NCBI GenBank assembly: GCA_963752155.1
Contig: CAVVXH010000015.1
Coordinates: 64,001-128,000 of the forward strand
Origin: an uncultured Parachlamydiaceae bacterium
GTDB lineage: Bacteria > Chlamydiota > Chlamydiia > Chlamydiales > Parachlamydiaceae
DNA: 64,000 nt
Direction of reading: 5' to 3'
Of this stretch, positions 10,162 to 19,446 are shown piece by piece; positions within the stretch are counted from its first letter, which is position 1; every line of letters starts with the position of its first letter. The position numbers and the translations under genes are program-made. The notes under the pieces were generated by a model. The model did no database searches and was not told the DNA's origin. It saw only the letters and a list, made by a program, of their open reading frames with translations.

Positions 10162-10746
10162 TTATGAACCTCTATTTCTTAACAAATTCGCCTCTTGGAT
10201 CAAGGTACTATTCCCTCTAGCAAGATTATAAGCTTCTTCTCCAGCTATTAAAGTGACTCCTGTCCCAAACCCATAGAAAGCTCCCTGCCCAACTGCAGCA
10301 AGAGTAAAACCACTTGCGGCCATCAAAGAACCTGCAATACTTCCTCCTACAGTAGGAAGAGCCAAGGTTAAAGCAAGCTGCATTCTAGCATTGGACTGTA
10401 ACGCTGATTGTGCATCTGAACTGGCTTGAAGAGCTCTTGCATTCGCAAGGTTTGTTCTGTTCATTAAATCCATTACAACTAAATTTCGTTGAAGTGCATC
10501 TAAAGCTATGTGCATCGGATTACGAGTATTCATGGCTGGTTTTGGATTACAATTTTTGATTCGATCTGACCAACTATTTAAGATACTCGCTTGTTGATTC
10601 AATGGGATCTGATTGATTAATCTTTCAAGAGCACATCGTACAGACTCAGTATCCATATCCTTTTCTAGAATGTATCTATCTAAAATTCGAACTGAATCTT
10701 GAGTCACAGGATTGTTAAAAAAATTATATATTGCATCTTCATCCAT
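10162..10746 (-). CDS. Array family-1 protein with Gly/Ala-rich hydrophobic C-terminal module
   Basis: Start moved to ATG 10746 (MDEDAIYNFFNNPVT); homologous to 5619..6164. Confidence 0.85.
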   Translation of the reverse strand: MDEDAIYNFFNNPVTQDSVRILDRYILEKDMDTESVRCALERLINQIPLNQQASILNSWSDRIKNCNPKPAMNTRNPMHIALDALQRNLVVMDLMNRTNLANARALQASSDAQSALQSNARMQLALTLALPTVGGSIAGSLMAASGFTLAAVGQGAFYGFGTGVTLIAGEEAYNLARGNSTLIQEANLLRNRGS

Positions 10747-10776
10747 AAAAGTCTCCATATGTTGATGGTTTTTGGG

Positions 10777-10906
10777 CAGCAATTCCCGCTAAACTTTCGT
10801 GCCCGCGTGCGCGCGTGCGTGCCCGTGCCCGAAAAATTTCGTAGATTTTACTAATTTTCGAGCACGGGCACGCAGGCACGAGCACGAAAATTAGCAGGAA
10901 TTGCTG
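10777..10906. mobile_element. MITE-like element, family E (CAGCAATTCC...GGAATTGCTG)
   Basis: Terminal inverted repeats with internal GTGCCC/GGGCAC repeats; flanked by tggtttttggg (10766-10776) and tggtttttgcg (10907-10917); interrupts the conserved array leader. Confidence 0.8.
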
Positions 10907-10965
10907 TGGTTTTTGCGTTTCGATTCATCAAAAAAATACAATCTATGGTCGCCCCTGGTATAGGT

Positions 10966-11427
10966 CTATAGATTTAGTTTCCTCACCAAAAATCGATCAT
11001 AAGTCGATTGGATGATCAAATAGACATATCCAACAAACGCAACACAAAAAAAAAGTGCTGGCATACTTATAACTTTTAATGGAGAAGTATTTATCCTGAA
11101 ATTTCTTTTTGTTACATCTGTTATGTTATTTATATTTCGATCTAATTCTTTTAAATTTTCATTCAACAGTTCTTCGCTTAAATGTTGGTTTGCAACCATT
11201 GCAGCCTTCATAAGTTCTCTTCGTAATTCAACACTTATGCTCTGATCGTCGCGTAACTTCGCAATCCAGCGCTCGATAATCCATTGATGATTGGAATTTT
11301 TCCCCCACATCTTAGCAAGATTTTCAAGATCTGTAGCAATTGAAACTGTATCTTTTTGTTCAACATAACTCACAAGGGCATTAGTATCGACAGATGAGTT
11401 ACCAAATAATTGCCCTAATAGCTGCAT
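10966..11427 (-). CDS. Array family-2 protein (diverged)
   Basis: Start at ATG 11427 (MQLLGQLFGNSSV) with AAGGAG RBS; homologous to 6267..6773. Confidence 0.8.
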   Translation of the reverse strand: MQLLGQLFGNSSVDTNALVSYVEQKDTVSIATDLENLAKMWGKNSNHQWIIERWIAKLRDDQSISVELRRELMKAAMVANQHLSEELLNENLKELDRNINNITDVTKRNFRINTSPLKVISMPALFFCVAFVGYVYLIIQSTYDRFLVRKLNL

Positions 11428-11765
11428 AAAAACTCCTTTGATGATTATTATTTTTCGAACAATTTGGGAGGACAGGATCATCTCAATGGAGATATATATA
11501 TTTAATTTTTTCTTCACTCTTTCGCAAAATGAATAATAGATAGAAAGCAATTTTTCAGTCAATATTTTTTTTCAACATGATGAATTGCTCTAAGAGATAG
11601 CAAATTTTTTTCCGCACATGAGTCCTAGTGAGATTAAGAGCAGTTTTGTAGCTCATAGATAACCCAATTGGGCCATTCGCATGATGCGGAATACTAAGAA
11701 AAATTAAACGCAAAGCGAAACAGTTGCCTGCGGCGCCCCCTATTGGGAAATAACAAATTTTTAAA

Positions 11766-12222
11766 GCGCCTTGCCATTGGTGCCTGACCTGATATTCTGA
11801 CATTTGACTACAATGATGACATAACCTCCCAGGAGGGCAAATGTCAGAATGTCAGGTCTGGAACCAAGGCCAGAACGTTATCTCTCAGAATTAAGTATCT
11901 TGTTATTAATTGAAAACGACGCTTTTTTCAGTTGCGTAAATCTTGGGGTAAGGGACTGTGCAATAATAACTTGTATGATTGGGCAACGCCAAAGCTCCCG
12001 TGGTTAAGCGATCGAAAGTGACCCCATATTATAATATGGGGTCACTTTCGATCGCTTAACCACGGGGCTTTGGCGCAGCCCAATCGTGCAAGTTATTGTT
12101 GCACAGTCCCTAACGTTCCAGCTTTGGTTCCAGACCTGACATTCTGACATTTGCCCTTTAGGAAGCAATGTTATCGCATCGGCAAATGTCAGAATATCAG
12201 GTCAGGCACCAATGGCAGGCGC
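11766..12222. repeat. Composite nested inverted-repeat element, family A copy 1
   Basis: Arms gcgccttgccattggtgcctgacctgatattctgacatttg... and reverse complement; each arm has an internal hairpin. Confidence 0.9.
11952..12110. mobile_element. MITE-like element, family B (GGGACTGTGCAA...TTGCACAGTCCC), 159 bp near-perfect hairpin
   Basis: TAA directly on both sides; nested in family A copy 1. Confidence 0.8.
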
Positions 12223-12310
12223 GAACTTGTTATTTAGGAGGCACGAAGGCAGAAAGAGCACAAAGTCCAAGTTTATGACCGAGCCTGGTATAGGGTCATG
12301 TAGTCTGAGG

Positions 12311-13603
12311 CTACAAAATATTTTCTTCCAAAGGAGAATACATTTGCAAAATTGACTTCATCTCTCTTTGATTTACAAGGGCCAAATCCTTAACTAAATG
12401 ATCAAATTCAGCCTTTGCAATTTCAAATAATCCAATATGTTTGATATGCAAGTCCAATTTTTTAGCTACATTTTTAGCTTCTGTAAAGTTATATTGAGAA
12501 TCAATTTTAGCAATTTCAATTAACATTCTAACTTTCTTAAGTTCATCACTAACTGCTGAAACTGCTTTTCTGGCTCTAATAAGCTCCTCCGGAGCAATTT
12601 TAGCAACTTCAATTAACATTTCCGCTTTACACTCTATATCTTTCACAGCTTCAATCGTCCTTATAATCGCTATAAGATTATTCTTTATACGCTCTTTAAG
12701 ATTAGACTGAGAATCAATTTTAAACATTTTAATTGTTGCTAAAATTCTTTTATCGTTATTTCCAATTTTTTTGAAAATCTCTACAATTTCCGTAAGATCG
12801 TGTTGAGGGTCAACAATGGCAATTTCAAGCAATGCTTGGACTTTAAAATAAGAGTCAACAATAAATTGAGCAGTCGTTTTAGCTTCAACTAATTTATCTC
12901 GAACTTCTATTTTTACAATTTCAAGCAATGCTTCATCTCTTTTAAGACTTATTTCAATAGTATGAGCTGTCTCTTTAGCGCTAGCAAGATCATATTGCGC
13001 CTCTTCAACTGCAATTCTACATAAAATATAATCCTTTAGGCTTTTAGTTTTATTATCTGCAGCAACTTTTTTAGCGATTGTAAAGTCATGTCGAGGATCA
13101 ACTCTAGCAATTGTACATAACGCAATTGCTTGTACATTATAATCAGTACAAGTTTTAATAACCTCATAAAATGTTGCAAGATTATTAAAATCAAATTCAT
13201 TAATTTCAAGCAGTGTTAAATTTTTATAAATGGGATTTTTAAAAGTTTCAGCAGTTATTCTTGCATCCAAATAACTATAGGGGGCTTCGAGTTTAAATAT
13301 CTCATATAACGCTTTTTCGTGATAACCATGAGGAGCTTTTTGAGCAGCTAACCGAGCTTCAGCAAAACACTTAACAAATAACATTCGAGTTTTAATTTTG
13401 AAATCATTATCAAATAATTGTTTCCAAGATTTATTTAAGCTAACCATTATGACAAATGAAAAATTGTTCAATTCATTAGTTATCCCCTCAATAATGTTAA
13501 AATTTGAATGATAAACATTTTTAAATAATTCATCCGAGTTAGTTTCAAATTTTTCTGCTGCATTAATTTTCACGTCATTAGCACTTAAACTTAACATTTC
13601 CAA
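12311..13603 (-). CDS. Helical-repeat protein with possible degenerate F-box (effector-like)
   Basis: Repeats such as ALLEIA..DP.HD.T; paralogous to 55588..57459. Confidence 0.75.
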   Translation of the reverse strand: MEMLSLSANDVKINAAEKFETNSDELFKNVYHSNFNIIEGITNELNNFSFVIMVSLNKSWKQLFDNDFKIKTRMLFVKCFAEARLAAQKAPHGYHEKALYEIFKLEAPYSYLDARITAETFKNPIYKNLTLLEINEFDFNNLATFYEVIKTCTDYNVQAIALCTIARVDPRHDFTIAKKVAADNKTKSLKDYILCRIAVEEAQYDLASAKETAHTIEISLKRDEALLEIVKIEVRDKLVEAKTTAQFIVDSYFKVQALLEIAIVDPQHDLTEIVEIFKKIGNNDKRILATIKMFKIDSQSNLKERIKNNLIAIIRTIEAVKDIECKAEMLIEVAKIAPEELIRARKAVSAVSDELKKVRMLIEIAKIDSQYNFTEAKNVAKKLDLHIKHIGLFEIAKAEFDHLVKDLALVNQREMKSILQMYSPLEENIL

Positions 13604-13777
13604 CCTCTAGTTTTGTTTCGTCTTTTATTCTTTTAAGCTGAACATTCTCCATACTATAATAATGGAATAAAAATGGTTGTCAATGGCAAAATACCCGAAC
13701 ATGTTTAGCAGAATCAAAAAAGATTTGCAATTCTAAAGCAAATCATCCTAATTAACAAATTCGCTTTTTTAAGGAAA

Positions 13778-14126
13778 GCGCCTTGCCATTGGTGCCTGAC
13801 CTGATATTCTGACATTTGCCGATGCGATAACATTGCTTCCTTAAAGGGCAAATGTCAGAATGTCAGGTCTGGAACCAAGGCCAGAACATTACCCCCAAAA
13901 GGACAGCAAGGACAACAGGAAACGCGGAACAAATCGGTCAATAGAAATTTTCAATATCATTAAGGATGCTTGTTTGCTGTCCTTTTGCTGTCCTTGCTGT
14001 CCTCTGAGAGGTAACGTTCTGGCCTTGGTTCCAGACCTGACATTCTGACATTTGCCCTCCTAGGAGGCTATATCTTCATTTTAGGCAAATGTCAGAATAT
14101 CAGGTCAGGCACCAATGGCAAGGCGC
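13778..14126. repeat. Family A composite inverted repeat, copy 2 (core carries family C 9-mers)
   Basis: Same arms as copy 1; centre aaggacagcaaggacaac...tgctgtccttgctgtcct. Confidence 0.9.
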
Positions 14127-14236
14127 TATAAAAATTTGTTATTCCCAGATAGGGCGCCACGAGATGATGCAATAACATTTTGTTTGAAATGATAAAGATA
14201 TAGAATTTACGTATTTGAATCTAGAAGTTCAGAATT

Positions 14237-14313
14237 TTTCGGGCACGGGCACGCACACGCACACGGGCACGAAATAATTTTCAAAAATCGTTCTTTATGC
14301 CCTGGAATTGCTG
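14237..14313. repeat. Family E right-end fragment
   Basis: cgggcacgggcacgcacacg...ggaattgctg. Confidence 0.65.
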
Positions 14314-14393
14314 AAAATGCCTCTATACAAGATATTCCGGAGTTGATACACTAAGCTAAATATATCTTCTGTACCTTTACTTGGACATCATTC

Positions 14394-15983
14394 ATGGCAA
14401 TTATACTTAACAAAATTTCCAAAAGCTTTGGCAGTCGCATCTTATTTGAAAACGTTACAACTTCATTTAATGCCGGCAATCGTTATGGTTTAACTGGACC
14501 CAATGGCTCGGGAAAATCAACTTTATTAAAAATTATCATGGGTTTCGAAGAACCTACCTCAGGCACTGTCACCCTTCCCGACCGCGTAGGAATCTTGCGT
14601 CAAAATATTGAGGATTATCGTGACTTCCAAGTGATCGACGTAGTGATCATGGGTAATAAACGCCTTTGGGATGCCTTAAAAGAACGCGATGCCCTTTACG
14701 AAGTCGAAATGTCTGATGATGTCGGAATGCGTCTCGGAGAACTAGAAGGAATTATTGCCGAAGAAAATGGTTACTCCGCAGATTCCGATGCTGAACTTTT
14801 CCTAACCGGAATGGGTATTCCAACAGAATTCATTCATCAAAAAATGCATGCTATTCCTACTGACATGCAATTCAAAGTCCTACTCTGTCAAGCTCTCTTT
14901 GGAGAACCTCAGGCACTCCTTCTTGACGAACCAACCAACCACCTTGACATGGAATCTATCGGTTGGCTTGAAACCTTCATGCATCAGTATAAGGGCACTC
15001 TAATCGTCATAAGCCATGATCGCCACTTCCTCAATTCTGTCTGTACCCATATCGCAGACATTGATTATGAAACGATCATTACCTACCCAGGTAACTATGA
15101 CCAAATGGTATTGGCAAAAACATCTGTCCGTGAACGTGCTGAGCTTGATGCTAAAAGTAAAGAAAAAAAAATTGCTCAGCTACAAGATTTCGTTTCTCGT
15201 TTTGGCGCAGGTACGCGTGCGAGCCAAGTGCAATCTCGCGTCCGTGAAATGGAACGCCTACAGCCGCAAGAATTGAAAAAATCCAATATTCAAAGACCCT
15301 ACATCCGTTTCATTCCAACTGAAAAAGCTCCAGGACAAGTTGTACTGAAAATCAACGGAATCTCTAAATCCTATGAAGGAAAACTTGTCATCGACAACTT
15401 CTCCATGGAAATCTTACGTGGAGATAAAATCGGTATTATCGGTCCTAACGGGTGTGGGAAATCCACCTTAGTCAAAATGTTATCCGGAGCTATAACCCCC
15501 GATAGCGGAACTGTTGAAAACGGACACCAAGTCCAAATAAGCTATTTTCCTCAGAACCACACCGATCTCATTGACAAAAAGGAAACTGCCAATGCGTTCG
15601 ATTGGCTGAAAGAGCGTCAGAAATCGACATATGATCAAGAAATTCGGAGTGCTTTGGGGAAAATGCTTTTTGGTGGAGACGATGCCTTCAAACCTGTGGG
15701 AACTCTTTCCGGAGGGGAATCAGCACGTTTAATTATGGCCAGCATGACATTGGCAGACCACAATGTTTTGATCATGGATGAGCCTAACAATCACTTAGAT
15801 CTTGAAGCTGTCTCAGCATTGGCATGGGGGCTTGAAGAATACAAAGGCACAGGTATCGTGGTCAGCCATGACAGAGATCTTATCGGTCAAGTTGCCAATA
15901 AAATTCTTGCTTTCGAAGGAAATAAAATTCGCATTTTTGATGGTACTCTCGATGAGTACTTTGCAAGCAAAGACAAAAAGTAG
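14394..15983 (+). CDS. ABC-F family ATP-binding protein (YbiT-like)
   Basis: Two Walker A motifs (GPNGSGKST, GPNGCGKST), LDEPTNHLD, LSGGE, no TM segments. Confidence 0.93.
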   Translation: MAIILNKISKSFGSRILFENVTTSFNAGNRYGLTGPNGSGKSTLLKIIMGFEEPTSGTVTLPDRVGILRQNIEDYRDFQVIDVVIMGNKRLWDALKERDALYEVEMSDDVGMRLGELEGIIAEENGYSADSDAELFLTGMGIPTEFIHQKMHAIPTDMQFKVLLCQALFGEPQALLLDEPTNHLDMESIGWLETFMHQYKGTLIVISHDRHFLNSVCTHIADIDYETIITYPGNYDQMVLAKTSVRERAELDAKSKEKKIAQLQDFVSRFGAGTRASQVQSRVREMERLQPQELKKSNIQRPYIRFIPTEKAPGQVVLKINGISKSYEGKLVIDNFSMEILRGDKIGIIGPNGCGKSTLVKMLSGAITPDSGTVENGHQVQISYFPQNHTDLIDKKETANAFDWLKERQKSTYDQEIRSALGKMLFGGDDAFKPVGTLSGGESARLIMASMTLADHNVLIMDEPNNHLDLEAVSALAWGLEEYKGTGIVVSHDRDLIGQVANKILAFEGNKIRIFDGTLDEYFASKDKK

Positions 15984-15991
15984 AAGTAGAC

Positions 15992-18844
15992 ATGAAAGAT
16001 CTTCCCAAGGCCTATGAAGCCAAAATCGTCGACGCCAAATGGTATAAATTTTGGCAAGAGAATGGATTTTTTACTGCAGATCCCCTCTCCCCTAAACAAC
16101 CTTATTGCATTGTCATGCCTCCACCGAATGTGACAGGTGCTCTTCACATGGGACATGCACTTGTCAACGCTTTACAAGATGTATTAATTCGCTGGAAGCG
16201 AATGAGTGGTTTTGAAGCTTTGTGGGTTCCCGGCACGGATCATGCGGGAATTTCTACGCAAACTGTTGTTGAAAGGCACTTAAAGAACACTACAGGCAAA
16301 CGTAGAAAAGAATTTCCGCGAGAAGAATTTCTTGGTCATATTTGGAAGTGGAAAGAAGAAAATCAACACCGGATTATCAACCAGCTGAAAGTTTTAGGGT
16401 GTTCATGTGACTGGACACGCGAACGATTCACTATGGATGAAGGCAACAATAGAGCTGTACGCATTGCATTCAAAAGACTTTATGATGAAGGACTGATCTA
16501 CCGAGGCGATCGCCTGGTCAACTGGGATCCGGTCACGCAAACCACTTTATCCGATGATGAAGTCGAATATGAAGAACGACAATCCTTTTTATGGCACTTT
16601 AGATATCCTTTAAGCGACGGCTCAGGGTACATTTCTATTGCGACAACCCGACCTGAAACGATGCTGGGAGATACCGCCATTGCGGTCTCTCCTAAAGATG
16701 AACGTTACTCTCATCTCGTCGGTAAAACGGTCCTTCTTCCTCTCATGGAGAGGGAAATCCCCATTATTGCAGACCACCTCGTCGACCCAACTTTTGGTAC
16801 AGGAGCCGTAAAAGTAACTCCTGCTCATGATCCAAATGACTATCAAATGGGCACGACGCACCAACTTCCTTTTATAAACATCATGACACCTGATGGTAAG
16901 ATCAATGAAAATGGGGGGGCTTTTGTTGGGATGACGATGGCTCTTGCTCGGGAAGCTGTGGTGGCTGAGATGCAAAAAAAGGGATTTCTTGAAAAAGTGG
17001 ATCCTCATCTCAATCGTGTTGGGGTCTCCTATCGCTCCAAAGCTGTCATTGAACCGTATTTATCCAAACAATGGTTCATCCGCATGGATGGCTTTGCGAT
17101 TAAACTGCGAGACGCGGTTACTTCAGGCAAAGTAAGGCTTATCCCTAAAAACTGGGAAAGCACCTATTTCCACTGGGTTAACAACTTGCGCGACTGGTGT
17201 ATTAGTCGACAGCTTTGGTGGGGACATCGCATCCCTATATGGCACTCCATACAAGATCCTAACAAACAAATTTGCTATGACGGTGAAGGGGTTCCCCCTG
17301 AAGTGGCAGCGGCCCCAGATCTTTGGCAACAGGATGAAGATGTCCTAGACACTTGGTTCTCGTCTGCTCTGTGGCCTTTTTCAACTTTAGGATGGCCAGA
17401 GAAGACTCCGGAACTCAACCGTTTCTATCCTAATTCGGTGCTTATCACAGGTTACGATATCCTATTTTTCTGGGTGGCGCGGATGTTAGTGATGGGTGAA
17501 CAGATGATGGGTGAGCTTCCTTTTCCGGAAACTTTCCTTCATGGCCTTGTTTACGCAAAATCGTATTGGCGCGACCTCGACGGAGGAGGGATCACCTATG
17601 TTTCACCGGAAGAAAGAGATAGCTATGAACGAGGCAAGGCTATTCCAAAAGAGGTCAAATTCCGTTACGAAAAGATGTCAAAGACTAAGGGAAATATCAT
17701 TGATCCTCTAGAGATCATAGATGCGTATGGAACAGATGCTATTCGTATGGCTCTTTGCGCTAGTGCTAGCCAAGCACGCGAAATTGATTTGGATTTACGA
17801 CGATTTGAGGAATTTAAAAATTTCACAAATAAAATATGGAATGGGGCTCGCTTCGTCCTGATGAACTTGGAGGGAGATGAAAAACAAGGATCAACTCCTC
17901 TGACATCCGGCGAATTTAATCAAGGACTTAATGAACATCTTTTAGCTTTGGAAGACCGTTGGATTTTATCTGTTCTAAATCGCACAATACGCAGCGTAAA
18001 TGCCAAATTAAAGGATTATCTTTTTGATCAAGCGACTCTAGAGGCCTATGACTTCTTTTGGAAAGAGTTTTGTGCTTATTACTTAGAAATTTCCAAACCT
18101 ACTCTTTTTGGTAAAATTGGAACACCCGAAGAGAGAAAAAACAAACAAAAGCTACTTCTCATTGTCTTACTCCATGCGATCAGACTGATCCATCCTATGG
18201 CTCCATTTATTACAGAAGAGCTCTTTCAGGCGTTAAAGGAACGATTGCCTGGACTTAACCTTGATATTATAGAGGCCATCGATCCTTATACAGCTGAAGC
18301 CATAACAGCTTTAAGTAGTGCTGCGTGCATTCAAGCTCCTTACCCTAATGTCATTCGAGCAGAAGACTTAGCTCCAAAAATCGATGAGACGTTCGCCTTT
18401 ATCGAATCAATTGTCTATACAATTCGCAATATACGTGGCGAAATGAAAATTCCTTCCACTACACCGGTCGAAGTTCACATCGTCATCCCTGAAGATCACC
18501 CTCACAAGCAAACTGTAGGGAGTAATTTACATATTATTGCTGCGCTGATAAGAATTAGTAACATTCAGTTACACGCAACGGATCCTGTATTTCTTCATCA
18601 CGCTAGTGTCGGAAGTGTTGAAGGATTAAAAATCATGCTGCCTATTCCGCCTGAACTCCTTCAGCAAGAAAAAGCTCGTCTGACAAAAGAGAAGGAGCGA
18701 TTGACACAGCTTGTTGAAAAACTCTCCGTTCAGCTTAATAACACAGAATTTGTCAGTAATGCTCCAGAAGCATTGATTGAAAAGCAACGTACGCTTTTAG
18801 TGCAAGCTAAAGAAGACTTACAACAAATTCTGATGAAGGAATAA
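15992..18844 (+). CDS. valS: Valine--tRNA ligase
   Basis: PPPNVTGALHMGH, WCISRQLWWGHRIP, KMSKT motifs. Confidence 0.98.
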   Translation: MKDLPKAYEAKIVDAKWYKFWQENGFFTADPLSPKQPYCIVMPPPNVTGALHMGHALVNALQDVLIRWKRMSGFEALWVPGTDHAGISTQTVVERHLKNTTGKRRKEFPREEFLGHIWKWKEENQHRIINQLKVLGCSCDWTRERFTMDEGNNRAVRIAFKRLYDEGLIYRGDRLVNWDPVTQTTLSDDEVEYEERQSFLWHFRYPLSDGSGYISIATTRPETMLGDTAIAVSPKDERYSHLVGKTVLLPLMEREIPIIADHLVDPTFGTGAVKVTPAHDPNDYQMGTTHQLPFINIMTPDGKINENGGAFVGMTMALAREAVVAEMQKKGFLEKVDPHLNRVGVSYRSKAVIEPYLSKQWFIRMDGFAIKLRDAVTSGKVRLIPKNWESTYFHWVNNLRDWCISRQLWWGHRIPIWHSIQDPNKQICYDGEGVPPEVAAAPDLWQQDEDVLDTWFSSALWPFSTLGWPEKTPELNRFYPNSVLITGYDILFFWVARMLVMGEQMMGELPFPETFLHGLVYAKSYWRDLDGGGITYVSPEERDSYERGKAIPKEVKFRYEKMSKTKGNIIDPLEIIDAYGTDAIRMALCASASQAREIDLDLRRFEEFKNFTNKIWNGARFVLMNLEGDEKQGSTPLTSGEFNQGLNEHLLALEDRWILSVLNRTIRSVNAKLKDYLFDQATLEAYDFFWKEFCAYYLEISKPTLFGKIGTPEERKNKQKLLLIVLLHAIRLIHPMAPFITEELFQALKERLPGLNLDIIEAIDPYTAEAITALSSAACIQAPYPNVIRAEDLAPKIDETFAFIESIVYTIRNIRGEMKIPSTTPVEVHIVIPEDHPHKQTVGSNLHIIAALIRISNIQLHATDPVFLHHASVGSVEGLKIMLPIPPELLQQEKARLTKEKERLTQLVEKLSVQLNNTEFVSNAPEALIEKQRTLLVQAKEDLQQILMKE

Positions 18845-18974
18845 ATTGCTTAATGAGTAACATACGTTCTACAAAATTTAATCAAACGGATCTTATTAAA
18901 TCATATATTGTCTATTATATTGGATAATATTTATTATTCTAATTATTCAGTTTATCACGATTAGCCTTATGGAT

Positions 18975-19100
18975 CAAGTGAGATCTGCGCCCACCTTCGG
19001 GATTTTTTGACAAAATTCCCTTTTCGACGAGATCGACAATATCTCGGTAAGCCGTGTCCTGTGAACATTTTGCTAATGCTGCCCATTTCGAAGGTGAGAA
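18975..19100 (-). pseudogene. C-terminal HTH remnant of a Fic/DUF4172-type protein
   Basis: SKWAALAKCSQDTAYRDIVDLVEKGILSKNPEGGR resembles the C-terminus of that family; the upstream part is replaced by a family F repeat. Confidence 0.65.
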
Positions 19101-19101
19101 A

Positions 19102-19296
19102 GATGCTGCGATGTAAGATATAAAGTATAGGAAAAAATTAAACGCAAAGGCACGAAGGCGCAAAGAGCACAAAGAGATCTTACGCGAAGAATTTTCATTT
19201 TAAAAAAATAGGTGAATTTTATTTTACATGTAAGATCTCTTTCTGCTCTTTGCCCCTTCGTGCCTTTGCGTTTAATTTTTCTTAGTAATCCGCATC
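19102..19296. repeat. Family F palindromic element, copy 1
   Basis: Arms gaaaaattaaacgcaaaggcacgaaggcgcaaagagcacaaagagatcttac and reverse complement; homologue at 61467-61666. Confidence 0.88.
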
Positions 19297-19316
19297 AGTC
19301 GATTTGGTTATTTAGG

Positions 19317-19346
19317 AGTTATTATGTTGTCGACAACATAATAACT
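19317..19346. repeat. Perfect 30-bp palindrome
   Basis: agttattatgttgtc|gacaacataataact. Confidence 0.9.
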
Positions 19347-19446
19347 TTGCTTTAACACAATAGGAACAATAGGAAAATCCATTGTTTTTTATTTGGCGAG
19401 TAGTGTATTATAGTTCATGCACAACAATTTAAAAAGGAGATAAGAG

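Noticed and set aside
11555..11803. ORFs sharing MSEYQVRHQWQGALKICYFPIGG (also 30669..30995, 13860..14048, 57456..57773, 35907..36122, 54576..54797)
   Set aside because: Similarity comes from the non-coding repeat families; frames diverge outside the repeat
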